Positions 1 to 10,821 are shown, numbered from the stretch's first letter. The stretch: DNA of 64,000 nucleotides from Alphaproteobacteria bacterium (GCA_965200745.1 CBDAUZ010000002.1:53928-117927), one strand, 5' to 3'. Notes: generated by a model from the letters alone, not told the origin. A program made the numbers and translations.

Positions 1-1673
1 CCACCGCCGTACACCGGCACCTTCGGTTCATCGGTGTCCGACGGGACAACAAGGACATCGAGGTTGCGAATACCGACCAGCTTCCAGATTTTCCCGCCGA
101 ATGCGAATGTATCGCCGGTACGCAGGCCATTGACAAAATTCTCTTCGATTTCGCCCAGGACCTTACCGCTTCGCTGCCTGACGCATAGCATGGGATCTTC
201 GACAATCGTCCCGGCATTCATGCGCGCCTGATGGGCTGTCTTTTCGTTGGCGATTCGCAGGCAACCGCTGTTCGCAGGGTAAAGACGCTTGAATCGATCG
301 TAGGCCCGAAGGGCAAACCCACCTGTTGCGACACAGTCGATCACGCGATCGAATGTTGCGCGCGCCAGCAACGCATAAGGTGCCGCCAGTCTGATCTCGT
401 CATAAAGCTCGTCGGGATCAAAAGGAGAGGTCGCTGCACGAAGCAGTACATGTTGCGCCAGGACCTCCAGACCACCTGGCCCTTCGGTGCTTCCGTCCAG
501 AACGCCGTCCTGTACGGCGCTCAGAACAGCCTGGCATTCGAGGAGTTCAAACCGGTTTGAAGGAACCAGTATGGCACGGCTCGGCTCATCCAACCTGTGA
601 TTGGCGCGGCCAATCCGCTGCAGCATCCGGGCGATTCCCTTTGGCGCACCAATCTGGATGACCAGGTCAACGGCGCCCCAGTCGACTCCCAGGTCGAGCG
701 TCGAGGTACAGACAACAACATCCAGATCACCCGCCGCCATTGCACTTTCAACCTTGCGTCTGAGATCGACTGCCAGGGAACCGTGGTGCAGGGCGATGTC
801 CAGTCCGCGTTCATTCATGTTCCAGAGCGCGTGAAAGATCCGTTCTGCCTGGCTGCGGGTATTCACAAACACCAGCGCGGTACGGGCCGCGCAAAGAATC
901 CTGTAGATATCGCCAACCGCGTGCAGTGCAGAATGGCCAGCCCAGGGCACGCGCGCGACCTCCGGCGTCAGTATCGAAATATCCGGCAGCGCCGGTGACT
1001 CGGCCACAACACGCTCAACCGTGCCTGTACCGCCGAGAAATCTCTCGAGACTGGCCGGATCCGCCACGGTCGCAGTCAATCCGATGCATCGATGCTCTGG
1101 TGCCAACCGGCTGAGGCGCGAAAGATTCAACGCAAGCTGGTCCCCTCGCCTGTTCCCTGCCAACGCATGCAACTCGTCAACGATGACGAAACGAAGGTCG
1201 CGAAACATCGCTGGTGAGTCAGGATACGAAAGCAGAACAGCCAGAGACTCAGGAGTCGTGAACAGGATATCGGGCGGATTCCGTCGTTGCCGCGATCGCT
1301 GCGAACCCGATGTATCGCCGGTTCGTGTCTCGAGCCGTACATCGAGCCCCATCTCATGAACCGGAATTTCCAGATTGCGACGAACGTCGACGGCGATCGC
1401 TTTCAGAGGTGAAACATAGAGCGTGTGAAGTCCATGTCGGCCAGCACCTGACAGAAGTTCAATCAGCGCGGGCATGAATCCGGCAAGTGTCTTGCCACCA
1501 CCCGTCGGTGCAACGAGAAGACACGATGCGCCGTTCCGGACTACCTGGGCAACTTCCAACTGAAACCGGCGCGGTTTCCATCCCCTGGAGGCGAACCAGT
1601 CTGCAATGACAGGGGGAATGGCGTGGTCAACTGATGGCGTGTTCGGTGCAGCAGAAAACGAAATCTCGGACAC
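1..1673 (-). CDS. Lhr-like DEXH-box helicase (ligase-associated DNA-damage-response type); 3' end runs off the window
   Basis: The minus strand is open from the window edge to a GTG near 1673. It is absent from the ORF track because it is truncated. My translation shows APTGGGKT (Walker A), FVIVDELH (DEXH), GLTATV, ALHHGSL and VCTSTLDLGVDW in Lhr order. Confidence 0.85.
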   Translation of the reverse strand, partial: MSEISFSAAPNTPSVDHAIPPVIADWFASRGWKPRRFQLEVAQVVRNGASCLLVAPTGGGKTLAGFMPALIELLSGAGRHGLHTLYVSPLKAIAVDVRRNLEIPVHEMGLDVRLETRTGDTSGSQRSRQRRNPPDILFTTPESLAVLLSYPDSPAMFRDLRFVIVDELHALAGNRRGDQLALNLSRLSRLAPEHRCIGLTATVADPASLERFLGGTGTVERVVAESPALPDISILTPEVARVPWAGHSALHAVGDIYRILCAARTALVFVNTRSQAERIFHALWNMNERGLDIALHHGSLAVDLRRKVESAMAAGDLDVVVCTSTLDLGVDWGAVDLVIQIGAPKGIARMLQRIGRANHRLDEPSRAILVPSNRFELLECQAVLSAVQDGVLDGSTEGPGGLEVLAQHVLLRAATSPFDPDELYDEIRLAAPYALLARATFDRVIDCVATGGFALRAYDRFKRLYPANSGCLRIANEKTAHQARMNAGTIVEDPMLCVRQRSGKVLGEIEENFVNGLRTGDTFAFGGKIWKLVGIRNLDVLVVPSDTDEPKVPVYGG

Positions 1674-1735
1674 GTCAGTGTTTCTCGCGGGAATGCGCGT
1701 TCGCTCAGTCCTTCATGTGCGCGTGATCCTGGCCA

Positions 1736-2461
1736 TCATTGCTCAAGGGCGTGCAGCATCGCCTCAATATCCAGTTCCCCGACGTAGAGGACTCCGTTAA
1801 TGACAAACGCCGGCGTTCCATCGACACCGATGGCGTCCGCAAGACGGGCAGTCCGTTCAAGGTATTCCGCGATTTTCGGATCCTGCATGTCCTTTCTCAA
1901 TTGGTCCGTGTCGAGGCCGACGGCTTCGGCAAGAAAAAAGATCTCGGTTTCCGAGAATGAACGAGTTTCGGTCATGAGAACATGGTGGAATGACTCATAG
2001 AGACCCTGTCGATGCGCTGCGAGCGCCGCTGTCGATGCCAGGACGGATTGCGGACCGAGAATGGGAAACTCCTTGTAAATCATCTTGATATACAGCCCCA
2101 GACCACGAATGTGAGCCAGGGTTGCTGCTGAGCGTCGACAATACCCGCACCGATAGTCAAAGAACTCGACAATCACCAGTTCAGAGTCTGCTGCCCCGCC
2201 AACGGGCGTGTCCGGGTCATACAGCAGCTCGGACTCGTACGCCGCAATTCGTGCAGCCGAGTTCTCATCCTCGATTCTTTGGCTATATCTCTCGACAGAC
2301 TCCAGAATTACTTCGGGGTTGTCGAGAATGTACTCCTCGATGATTGTTTCGATGTACGCCCGATCAATGTCCAATTCATGGCCTTGAGCCGAAACAAGTG
2401 GCAGGACAGACAACAGCGGCAGCAGCACAAACTTGATGATCCGGTGCATGACTTCACGCAA
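1736..2461 (-). CDS. DsbA-family thiol:disulfide oxidoreductase, secreted
   Basis: 241-aa ORF with an N-terminal signal-like segment (LLPLLSVLPLVSA) and the thioredoxin CxxC motif FFDYRCGYCRR. Confidence 0.85.
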   Translation of the reverse strand: MREVMHRIIKFVLLPLLSVLPLVSAQGHELDIDRAYIETIIEEYILDNPEVILESVERYSQRIEDENSAARIAAYESELLYDPDTPVGGAADSELVIVEFFDYRCGYCRRSAATLAHIRGLGLYIKMIYKEFPILGPQSVLASTAALAAHRQGLYESFHHVLMTETRSFSETEIFFLAEAVGLDTDQLRKDMQDPKIAEYLERTARLADAIGVDGTPAFVINGVLYVGELDIEAMLHALEQ

Positions 2462-2570
2462 TCTCCTTCGTTTGTTGCTGCGGTTGTCAGGTTATGCACT
2501 GCCACAGGGTTTCTTTCGATACAGGGTACGATCAAGCGAAACATACGCCATTGCGCCACCGATGCGACAA

Positions 2571-3353
2571 TCACTCTTCGTATGCGTTGTCGATACTTCG
2601 GCCAGCAATCAGCCCGATCAGGCTTGCCTTGTCAACTGAACCGGCCAACAGCTGATCGCCGATAACAAACGACGGCGTTCCCGCAACACCCAGGGTTTCG
2701 GCAACAACCTGGTTGTACGCAAGTACTTGCGTGACTTCGTCGCTGTACGCATCAGCCAGGAGCTGATGACGATCCAGTCCCAGATTTTCCCCGAGTTCAC
2801 CCAGTGCCGTGTCCGTGTAGGGGATGGTCGAATACATCAGTGCGCGATGATATGGCCGGTACCTGTCCTGTTGTGCAGCCGCGAGCGCAAAACGTGCAGC
2901 GATGACTGATTCGCTGTCGCGTGTCGGCAATTCGATGACGACAATTGATGCATGACCCTCGTCTGCAATCTCGTCGAGTATTCGCGCCATGGCCCGGCAG
3001 TGACCGCATTGATACTCGGTGAATTCGACGACCTTCACAGGGTGATCGGGGTCGCCGATCACGGGTAGCAAAGGCGCCGCCGAGAGAATCTGTCCGAATT
3101 CGACAACATTGACCGCCGGAATCTGATACCCGCCGCTGTCGACTTCACCGAGCAACCCCAACTCCCGGAGTGCAAATACACCCGCGAGCAAAACGATGAT
3201 CAGAAACAGGTTTCGTCGGGACATCCGCCCCGAACGCATCGTCGCGAAGGCATTTTCGATCGCCTTGTCGAGTTCCTTGCGGTCCGGTTTTTCTTTCTCC
3301 GGCTCTGTCACGTCAAACTCCAGAAAGGTGCGGCAGCCGCCGCGCGCATTCAA
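2571..3353 (-). CDS. DsbA-family thiol:disulfide oxidoreductase, membrane-anchored paralog
   Basis: 260-aa ORF with a TM segment (LFLIIVLLAGVFAL) and the CxxC motif FTEYQCGHCRAM. The start is uncertain; internal Met codons lie just before the TM segment. Confidence 0.8.
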   Translation of the reverse strand: MNARGGCRTFLEFDVTEPEKEKPDRKELDKAIENAFATMRSGRMSRRNLFLIIVLLAGVFALRELGLLGEVDSGGYQIPAVNVVEFGQILSAAPLLPVIGDPDHPVKVVEFTEYQCGHCRAMARILDEIADEGHASIVVIELPTRDSESVIAARFALAAAQQDRYRPYHRALMYSTIPYTDTALGELGENLGLDRHQLLADAYSDEVTQVLAYNQVVAETLGVAGTPSFVIGDQLLAGSVDKASLIGLIAGRSIDNAYEE

Positions 3354-3365
3354 TCCGGCACAGAC

Positions 3366-4163
3366 TCAGAACTCAAGCAGTTCTGCCAACTGCTCGACAA
3401 TCGCCGACGATCCGAGGAGTACATCATGTCCTCTTCCCCGACCGGTTTCACGGACAAGGACAGAGCCGCCAGCTTCGTCGATGATGATGCGCGACGGAGC
3501 AAAATCCCAGATGGCCAGATCCGGATCGAATACCGCGTCCAGTGAACCTTGTGCTGTCAGCATGTGACCGAAGGCATCACCGAACGAACGAACATCATCG
3601 ACAGCACCGAGCAAGCGCTGCATGGATTCCGGAATTCCGGAATTCCTGAACTGTTTCGGCGTTCCCATTCCGACCATGGCGGACTGCAATTCGGATCGCT
3701 CCGATATCCGGATCGGAAGATCGTTGCAAAATGCACCGCCCCCCTTGCTCGCCCAGTATGTCCGGTTCAACGCGGGAAAGTGTACGGCGCCTGTGAGAAT
3801 CTCGTTGTTTGCCTGATCCTGCAGGGCCACCAGCGTTGCAAAGGTCGGAATTCGACGCAAGAACGGGTGTGTTCCGTCGATCGGGTCGATGATCCACCGC
3901 CAACGGGATGTGTTCTCTCTCTCCCCGTCCTCTTCGCCCAGTACAGAAGCACCGTCGGGATACTTGATCTCGACGAAGATGTCCCTGAGTTTGCGTTCAA
4001 CCTCAAGGTCGACATCGCTGACAAGGCTGCCATCAGTCTTGGAGGTATACGGCGTTCCACCTGCGGAATAGACCTTGCGCAGTATTCGCGAGGGAACCTT
4101 GGCAGCGAGGCGGGCGATCGACGTTGCCATCTTCATGTCGATACCCGAGACGAGCAGACTCAT
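3366..4163 (-). CDS. Inositol monophosphatase family protein (IMPase/HisN-like)
   Basis: 265-aa ORF with the family motifs WIIDPIDGT and WDFAP. Confidence 0.85.
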   Translation of the reverse strand: MSLLVSGIDMKMATSIARLAAKVPSRILRKVYSAGGTPYTSKTDGSLVSDVDLEVERKLRDIFVEIKYPDGASVLGEEDGERENTSRWRWIIDPIDGTHPFLRRIPTFATLVALQDQANNEILTGAVHFPALNRTYWASKGGGAFCNDLPIRISERSELQSAMVGMGTPKQFRNSGIPESMQRLLGAVDDVRSFGDAFGHMLTAQGSLDAVFDPDLAIWDFAPSRIIIDEAGGSVLVRETGRGRGHDVLLGSSAIVEQLAELLEF

Positions 4164-4311
4164 TGCGTTTCCGGTCTCCTCATTTCAGATACGAGCGAAT
4201 GGCCTGCTTCACCTGACAACGGCGCCTGGCTTTGTACACGTGCAATCGCTCAGCCAACAAACCGCATAGGTTCGGAAATCATTCGAACGCCTTTCGGACT
4301 CGGGTCATGCA

Positions 4312-5457
4312 TCATTCCTTGAGCATTTCGCGTGCAATGATCAGTTTCTGAATTTCCGAAGTCCCTTCGTAGAGTCGGTAAAGTCGGACATCCCGGTACA
4401 AGCGTGCAACCGCATTGTCGTTGATGTACCCGTATCCGCCAAACACCTGTACGCCACGGTCTGCAACACGGCCGACCATCTCGCTGCAATAGTACTTGGC
4501 CTCGGCACCCAATCGGGTAATCCGTTCGCCGGCTGTTGCCCGTCGCGCTGCCTCGCGCACCAGGGCCCAGCCTGCATCATGTTCGGTTCGGCTGTCCGCC
4601 AGCATCGCCTGGATCAACTGGTACTCGACGATCGCACGCCCGAACTGTTGGCGGGAACGGGCATACTGCAATGACTCGGAGATAATGCGGTCTGCGATTC
4701 CACAGCATGTGGCGGAAATATGCAGGCGCCCCCTGTCGAGTACTTTCATCGCGGTCCTGAATCCCGCACCTTCTTCGCCGCCGAGAAGCGCACGCGCCGG
4801 AACGCGACAGTTCTCGAACACCACATCGCAGACGGGCGCACCCCTCTGCCCCATCTTGTTTTCCGGAACGCCAAGCGAAAGGCCGGCAGTACTGGCATCC
4901 ACGATGAATGCAGATACACCCGACCCGCCATCATCATCCGGATCGGTACGCGCCATCACGGTGAACACGTCGGCGCGGGGTGCATTCGTGATAAACCGTT
5001 TCCTGCCGTTGATGACATAGTCGTCACCGTCCCGACGTGCGCACGTGCGCAAGGATGCTGCATCGGATCCCGACTCGGGTTCCGTCAATGCAAACGATGC
5101 AATCAGATCTCCACGTGCCATCGCAGGCAGGTAGTCACGCTTCTGCTCGTCGGTTCCATCAAGAACAATGCCCTGCGATCCTATCGTGACATTCGTGCCG
5201 AATGCCGAGCGGAATACCGGCGCTGCGTGCGTGACCGTCCAGCCAACCTCGATTTCCTCGCTCGCGGTCAGACCCAACCCGCCGTACTCTTCCGGGATAC
5301 TCAACCCGAACAACCCGAGTCCCTTCATCTCGTCGATGATCTCGTCCGGGATCCTGTCATTCGCATCGACGTCCGGTTCTGCCGGAATGAGCCTGTCGTC
5401 AACAAACCGGGTTATCGCGTCGAGCAACTGCTGCAGTGTCGATCTGTCGAGCGGCAT
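4312..5457 (-). CDS. Acyl-CoA dehydrogenase
   Basis: ORF 4312..5529 with ALTEPESGSDAASL and YEGTSEIQ motifs. I prefer the internal start MPLDRSTLQQ (codon 25), which has a G-rich RBS and gives the typical length of about 380 aa. Confidence 0.85.
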   Translation of the reverse strand: MPLDRSTLQQLLDAITRFVDDRLIPAEPDVDANDRIPDEIIDEMKGLGLFGLSIPEEYGGLGLTASEEIEVGWTVTHAAPVFRSAFGTNVTIGSQGIVLDGTDEQKRDYLPAMARGDLIASFALTEPESGSDAASLRTCARRDGDDYVINGRKRFITNAPRADVFTVMARTDPDDDGGSGVSAFIVDASTAGLSLGVPENKMGQRGAPVCDVVFENCRVPARALLGGEEGAGFRTAMKVLDRGRLHISATCCGIADRIISESLQYARSRQQFGRAIVEYQLIQAMLADSRTEHDAGWALVREAARRATAGERITRLGAEAKYYCSEMVGRVADRGVQVFGGYGYINDNAVARLYRDVRLYRLYEGTSEIQKLIIAREMLKE

Positions 5458-5618
5458 ATCTACCCCCATAAGGGATATCTGCTTGCACATGCGTATGGCA
5501 TCGGGTCTTTGAATTGAGTGCGTCGGCAACGTGCGTCCCGGGATATCGGACGCAACTGCAGACTCATGTTACACTTTTGCCGGAAATTCAAGGGTCGATC
5601 GCAGCCCGGGAGAATCGC

Positions 5619-6068
5619 ATGAAAGCCGGTCGGGTCATTCCAGCGGAGTTTGTGAAGGTTGAACCGGAAGACCCGTTCGAGAAATTCAACGGGGTCGTCT
5701 ATCGCCACGACATGGGCGATGGGCGTGTGGAAGTGGGTGTTCTCGCAGAAGAACAGCATGCAAACGAGTACGGTTGGGTGCACGGTGGTGTCATGATGAT
5801 CATGGCCGACGCGGCGCTCTGCATGAATTCGCGCTGGCACGATCCGGCAGAAGGAGCCATCACCGTCAGTTCGACCTGCAACTTCACAAAAGGTGCAAAA
5901 ACCGGCGAATTCCTGCAAACGCATACCAGGGTTGTTCGACGTACACGCCAGTTCAGTTTTGTGAATTGCGAAATCCGGGTTGGCCAACGGGTTTGTCTGA
6001 GTTCAACTGCGGTCATCAAACGCTTGCTGCCGATCGTCGAGGACGAGAGCAACAGTCTTCCGTTCTGA
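5619..6068 (+). CDS. PaaI/hotdog-fold thioesterase
   Basis: ORF 5514..6068 with the motif GWVHGGVMMIMADAAL. I prefer the ATG at 5619 (MKAGRV), preceded by GGGAGA. The gene is divergent from the ACAD gene. Confidence 0.75.
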   Translation: MKAGRVIPAEFVKVEPEDPFEKFNGVVYRHDMGDGRVEVGVLAEEQHANEYGWVHGGVMMIMADAALCMNSRWHDPAEGAITVSSTCNFTKGAKTGEFLQTHTRVVRRTRQFSFVNCEIRVGQRVCLSSTAVIKRLLPIVEDESNSLPF

Positions 6069-6617
6069 AACATCCATCCCTTGCGGATGTTTGCCGAATG
6101 CCCGCGCACGACTGTACGGACAATGACGATGTGTCGCCTACAAACGTTGAACACCGAAGAAGCGCGAATCCTGTCCTGGAACACGCTGTACGCTACGGCA
6201 TCTGATCAGGGGTGGATCCGGGATGGCCGAACAGCGTGTCGGCAGTCAGCTCCGAGGTCGATACACTGCGTCTTGCTGTCGTACCGGGGATCAGTTCCGG
6301 ATTGTCGGCACGCCACATGGCTGGACGCATCCGGGAGGATGCCCTTAGTTCAGCGTGCTGGTGTACGGCCCGCATCAGGGGAGCGCAGCCCGATGTCTCC
6401 AAACGTCAGTTCCGGAATTGGCACGGAAACAACGCCGATCTGTGCACTTAATCCAGGTGCTGCACAGCAGGAACGTGTGACACTTCGCTTAATTCCTGTT
6501 TCGGCCATTATACTCCATCAGGCCGAACAATCACGATTCCCGCCGCAATGCAGCAACCTGAACTGATCAACCGATCGCAACGGGAAACACATCGTTTCAG
6601 GAAGGAAACCAGATTTC

Positions 6618-7916
6618 ATGAGTCGATACGATCGCTCGATTGAGCAGTATTCACGCGCCCGAAACTGTCTCGCCGGCGGTGTTTCCAGCAACTTTCGATA
6701 TCATCCCATTCCGGTTCCTCTCGCCATAGAACGCGGCGAGGACGCATGCACCTGGGATGCCGATGGCAACCGCTATGTCGACTACATCATCGGTAACGGA
6801 GCGGCGTTTCTGGGTCATTCTCCCACGTCCGTTCTTGATGCGGTACGCACATCGCTCAGTTGCGGACAGGCATTCACCTCTGTCCATCATGACGAGATCG
6901 TTCTGGCTGAGCGGTTGGTGCAGATCATACCGTGTGCCGAACGGGTCCGGTTTGATACCTCCGGAACCCAGGTCGACCAGATTGCCCTGAGACTCGCACG
7001 GGCGAAGACGAAACGGGAGAAGGTGATCAAGTTTGAAGGCCATTATCACGGATGGGCCGACAACATTTTCGCCAGCGTCGCGCCGGCATTGAATGAGGCA
7101 GGTCCGCTCAGTTCACCACAAGCGCTGCCACAAAGTCTGGGACAGACCGAGAATATCCGTGACAACCTGATCATCCAGCCCTTCAACGAGGTTGAAATCC
7201 TCTCGGATACCGTTGCCCGGCACGCCGACGAGATTGCCGCAATCGTCCTTGAACCGGTTGCCTGCAATTGCGGTGTCATTCCACCGGAACCGGGATACCT
7301 CGAGAGCATTCGGCAACTCTGCGACAATCACGGCATTGTCCTGGTGTTCGACGAAGTGATTACCGGATTCCGGATTGCGCTGGGGGGTGCACAGGAACGC
7401 TACGGCGTTGTTCCGGACCTCGCAGTGTACGCAAAGGCCATTGCCGGCGGATTTCCGCTGGCGGCAATTGCCGGTCGTGCCGACATCATGGAACAGGTCG
7501 AAGACGGCGTCGTCCACGGTGGAACCTACAATGGCATCGTCTCGACAATTGCTGCCGGACTGGCGTCACTGGACACACTTTCTGCCGACGACGGGAAAGT
7601 CTATCGCGACCTTGAGGTCAAGGGTGCACGCCTCATGGACGGTTTGCGTGACATCGGACGCCGGCATGGGGTTCCTCTCAATATTCAGGGTCTTGCCCAG
7701 ATATTCTCGACCAATTTCACAGATGCGCCACGATTGAAAAACTACCGCGATTACAAATCCTGCGACGACCAGATGCGCATCAAGTTCATCCAGGGCTTGC
7801 AGGACAGGGGCGTCAGGGTAACCCTGCGTGGAACATGGTTTGTTCCGGCAGTGCTGACCGATGACAATGTTGATGAAACACTTGATGCCGCCGACGGCGC
7901 CATGCGGAAATTGTGA
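6618..7916 (+). CDS. Class-III PLP aminotransferase (glutamate-1-semialdehyde aminomutase-like)
   Basis: 432-aa ORF with GGVSSNFR, FDEVITGFR and YAKAIAGGFP (PLP lysine region). RBS AGGAAGGA lies upstream. Confidence 0.9.
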   Translation: MSRYDRSIEQYSRARNCLAGGVSSNFRYHPIPVPLAIERGEDACTWDADGNRYVDYIIGNGAAFLGHSPTSVLDAVRTSLSCGQAFTSVHHDEIVLAERLVQIIPCAERVRFDTSGTQVDQIALRLARAKTKREKVIKFEGHYHGWADNIFASVAPALNEAGPLSSPQALPQSLGQTENIRDNLIIQPFNEVEILSDTVARHADEIAAIVLEPVACNCGVIPPEPGYLESIRQLCDNHGIVLVFDEVITGFRIALGGAQERYGVVPDLAVYAKAIAGGFPLAAIAGRADIMEQVEDGVVHGGTYNGIVSTIAAGLASLDTLSADDGKVYRDLEVKGARLMDGLRDIGRRHGVPLNIQGLAQIFSTNFTDAPRLKNYRDYKSCDDQMRIKFIQGLQDRGVRVTLRGTWFVPAVLTDDNVDETLDAADGAMRKL

Positions 7917-8006
7917 CTGGCGCCAATTTGCCTATTATAGTCGCCCTGCGTGATACGCCCCGATTCGTGGAATTGACAGATCAACCTGGAGATCTGGACG
8001 AATGAA

Positions 8007-9062
8007 ATGAGCACCCTGGAACTGAAGGATGTCTCCAAACGATTTGGTTCGGTCGTTGCCGTAAGCGACGTAAACCTGTCAATCCCGAATGGCCGATTTG
8101 TCTCCTTTCTCGGACCGTCGGGGTGCGGCAAGACAACCTTGTTGCGCCTGATTGCCGGACTTGAAACAACAACCAAGGGTACAATCACACTGGACGGCGA
8201 GGACCTGACAGGGAAGCCGACACACAAGCGCAATATCGGCATGGTCTTTCAGTCCCTTGCTCTTTTTCCGCACCTGTCGGTCGGCGAGAACATCACCTAT
8301 TCCCAGCGTATCCGCGGCGTGAAAAAGGACGTACGACGCAAGCGTGCAGAAGAACTTCTCGAACTTGTGCGCCTGCCGGGAGTCGCTGACAGGGGCATTC
8401 GCCAGTTGTCCGGTGGCCAGCGTCAACGCGTCGCCATAGCACGCGCACTCAATCTTGAGCCAAAACTGTTCCTTCTCGACGAGCCACTCTCCGCACTCGA
8501 CGCGAAGCTGCGTGAAGAAATGCAGGTTGAACTGCGCATGCTTCAGGAACGTCTGGGTATCACGACAATCATTGTCACGCATGATCAGCGTGAAGCGATG
8601 ACGATGTCGGACACCATCGTGGTCATGTCCACCGCGAAGGTCCAGCAGATGGGGTCCCCCCTCGAAATTTACCGGAACCCGGCATCGGCCTTCGTGGCGG
8701 AGTTCATCGGGACCAGCAACCTGATCCAGGCGCGCCAGGAGTCGGGAAACAACGTCGCGATCTGCGGCAATACCTTCGCAACTGCTGCCGCGCCGGAACC
8801 GATAGATCCCGGAACATCGGTTGTTGTCTCGATCCGACCCGAAGATGTCCATATTGTACCCTTCAGTCGTGAAGGGCCCAATCAACTCGATGGAACCGTG
8901 ACCTTCGTTCGCGATGTCGGGGCGAGTGTCGAGACCTTTGTGGATTGTGACGACATATCGATCGTATCGCTTGCGACCCCGAAGGATCGCGCCGACGTGC
9001 ACAAGGGCGATCCGGTCAAGGTCGAGTTGCCGGAAGCAAGCTGTATCGTGCTGAAATCCTGA
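8007..9062 (+). CDS. ABC transporter ATP-binding protein, PotA/spermidine-putrescine type
   Basis: Walker A GPSGCGKTT, signature LSGGQRQR, Walker B LFLLDEP, and a C-terminal TOBE-like tail. Confidence 0.9.
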   Translation: MSTLELKDVSKRFGSVVAVSDVNLSIPNGRFVSFLGPSGCGKTTLLRLIAGLETTTKGTITLDGEDLTGKPTHKRNIGMVFQSLALFPHLSVGENITYSQRIRGVKKDVRRKRAEELLELVRLPGVADRGIRQLSGGQRQRVAIARALNLEPKLFLLDEPLSALDAKLREEMQVELRMLQERLGITTIIVTHDQREAMTMSDTIVVMSTAKVQQMGSPLEIYRNPASAFVAEFIGTSNLIQARQESGNNVAICGNTFATAAAPEPIDPGTSVVVSIRPEDVHIVPFSREGPNQLDGTVTFVRDVGASVETFVDCDDISIVSLATPKDRADVHKGDPVKVELPEASCIVLKS

Positions 9063-9067
9063 TCATC

Positions 9068-9943
9068 ATGAGCCAGGCCGAACAGAAAAAATACAATTCG
9101 CTGGACGCGGCGCGGCGCTACCCCTTCTGCCTGTTTCCCACAATCATGCTGGGAATCTTCTTCATGATCCCGTTCGTGATCATGATCACCATCAGTTTTG
9201 CGACACGGACAGCATCAACCTACGAACCCGGATTCGAATTCACGCACTACATCCGGTTCTTTTCACCGCTTTTCACGACACACCTGTGGGTATCGATTCA
9301 GTTTTCTGTCCTTGCCTGCCTGCTCTCGCTTCTGGTTGCCGTGCCGCTGACCTGGTTCATCAGCCGGTTCCGGCGAAGGGCGCAGGTTGTCGCACTGGTA
9401 TTCATTCTGTGTATTCTCACGCTGTCCGAGGTGATCATCGCCTTCTCCCTGTCGATTGTCATGAGTCGCAGTGGTGGTCTTCCGAACATCGCCGAATGGC
9501 TCGGTTTTGTCGAACGGGCGCGGTCCTGGTATCCGAGTTATTTCGCCAATCTGTTTGGCCTGGCGTTTTTCAATATTCCGTTTGCCGTGCTGATACTCTA
9601 CCCGGCCTGCACACGCCTCGATCAGGAACTGACAGAGGCGGCGCAAACCATGGGGGCATCGCCTGTCCAGAGTTTCTTCACTGTCATCATTCCCCTGCTC
9701 GACCGGACAATTCTCGCGGCTTTCCTCCTGCTTTTCGTGTTCACGATGGGGGCATTCATCACGCCGTCCTGGCTGGCGAGACCGGAAGACACGATGATGG
9801 CGCAGTTGATTGCTGAACAGGCACTTGCGCGCGGCAACATTCCGTTTGCGTCGGCAATGTCTGTCTTCTTCATGGCTGTCACCCTGCTGTTCACACTGGC
9901 GATCGTCTGGATCTATCGGGGTGACCGGAGCAAGACGACATGA
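9068..9943 (+). CDS. ABC transporter permease (PotB-like)
   Basis: 291-aa polytopic membrane ORF directly after the ATPase. It overlaps the next permease by 4 nt. Confidence 0.9.
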   Translation: MSQAEQKKYNSLDAARRYPFCLFPTIMLGIFFMIPFVIMITISFATRTASTYEPGFEFTHYIRFFSPLFTTHLWVSIQFSVLACLLSLLVAVPLTWFISRFRRRAQVVALVFILCILTLSEVIIAFSLSIVMSRSGGLPNIAEWLGFVERARSWYPSYFANLFGLAFFNIPFAVLILYPACTRLDQELTEAAQTMGASPVQSFFTVIIPLLDRTILAAFLLLFVFTMGAFITPSWLARPEDTMMAQLIAEQALARGNIPFASAMSVFFMAVTLLFTLAIVWIYRGDRSKTT

Positions 9944-10743
9944 CCACCGTCCGCTGGTTCAAGATTGCATTCCTGATCACGATACTGGGAATGATGTCGG
10001 CGCCGCTGCTGGTCGTTGCAGGTGTATCGCTGAATGCAAAGAAAAGACTGTTCTTTCCGCCGGACGGTGTTTCCCTGCGCTGGTTTCCGGAAATCTTCAC
10101 GACAGCAAAATGGCTGGAAGCCCTGACAAACAGCGTAACAATAGCGGTTTTCAGCGCAATTCTCGCGGTACTGATTGCGTTGCCGACGGCGTACTTCCTG
10201 TGGCGGCACAAGGTGTTTTACGCACGCGCACTCTATGTCGCGGGTCTGGTGCCGTTCGCACTTCCGCCCGTCATCACGGCCATGGGCATGCTGATCTTCT
10301 GGGGAGAAGTCGGCTATGTCGGGAACGTCTGGAACATCATCATCTGCCATGGCGTATTCCTCGTAACCCTGCCACTCGTCATGACGTCGCTGGGACTGGA
10401 ATCGATTGACAGCGAGATCCTCGAGGCCGCGCGCACCATGGGAGCCGACGGCAGGAAGGCATTCTGGTCGATTGTCTTGCCAATGATTGCGCCGTACATG
10501 ATCGCGGGATTTGCATTCGCTCTCGTTCTTTCGATGAACGAATACATTATTTCCTTTTTCGTCGGACAGTTCTCCACCATCACGCTGCCGGTGCAGGTAC
10601 TCGCATCCCTGCGGTCGGGATACACGCCTGTCATTGCGTCCGTTGCGGTGCTGTTCATCCTGTTTGCGGTGCTCGTGTTCAGCCTTGTCGCACGGTTCGG
10701 CGACCTGCCCAAGTTGCTCGGCGGCTCCGATCCAAAGGTCTAG
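9940..10743 (+). CDS. ABC transporter permease (PotC-like)
   Basis: 267-aa polytopic membrane ORF with the EAA-like loop LEAARTMGA. Confidence 0.9.
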   Translation: MTTVRWFKIAFLITILGMMSAPLLVVAGVSLNAKKRLFFPPDGVSLRWFPEIFTTAKWLEALTNSVTIAVFSAILAVLIALPTAYFLWRHKVFYARALYVAGLVPFALPPVITAMGMLIFWGEVGYVGNVWNIIICHGVFLVTLPLVMTSLGLESIDSEILEAARTMGADGRKAFWSIVLPMIAPYMIAGFAFALVLSMNEYIISFFVGQFSTITLPVQVLASLRSGYTPVIASVAVLFILFAVLVFSLVARFGDLPKLLGGSDPKV

Positions 10744-10821
10744 CAGAACGACGCCTGTCCAACGAATGCAGGCGTACCCTGACCCGCAAGAATGCATCGG
10801 GTAAGGGGGATCAGGATTTCG

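Noticed and set aside
3624-3646. Tandem GGAATTCC/TCCGGAAT repeats (three overlapping EcoRI-type palindromes) that look like a regulatory array.
   Set aside because: They lie inside the inositol-monophosphatase ORF and are read through in frame (FRNSGIPES). This is most likely a small in-frame slippage duplication with no separate function.
5460-6184. ORFs 5460..5987(-) 175 aa and 5699..6184(-) 161 aa overlapping the ACAD/thioesterase divergent region.
   Set aside because: They overlap the well-supported PaaI thioesterase ORF on the opposite strand and have no recognisable motifs. I consider them spurious.
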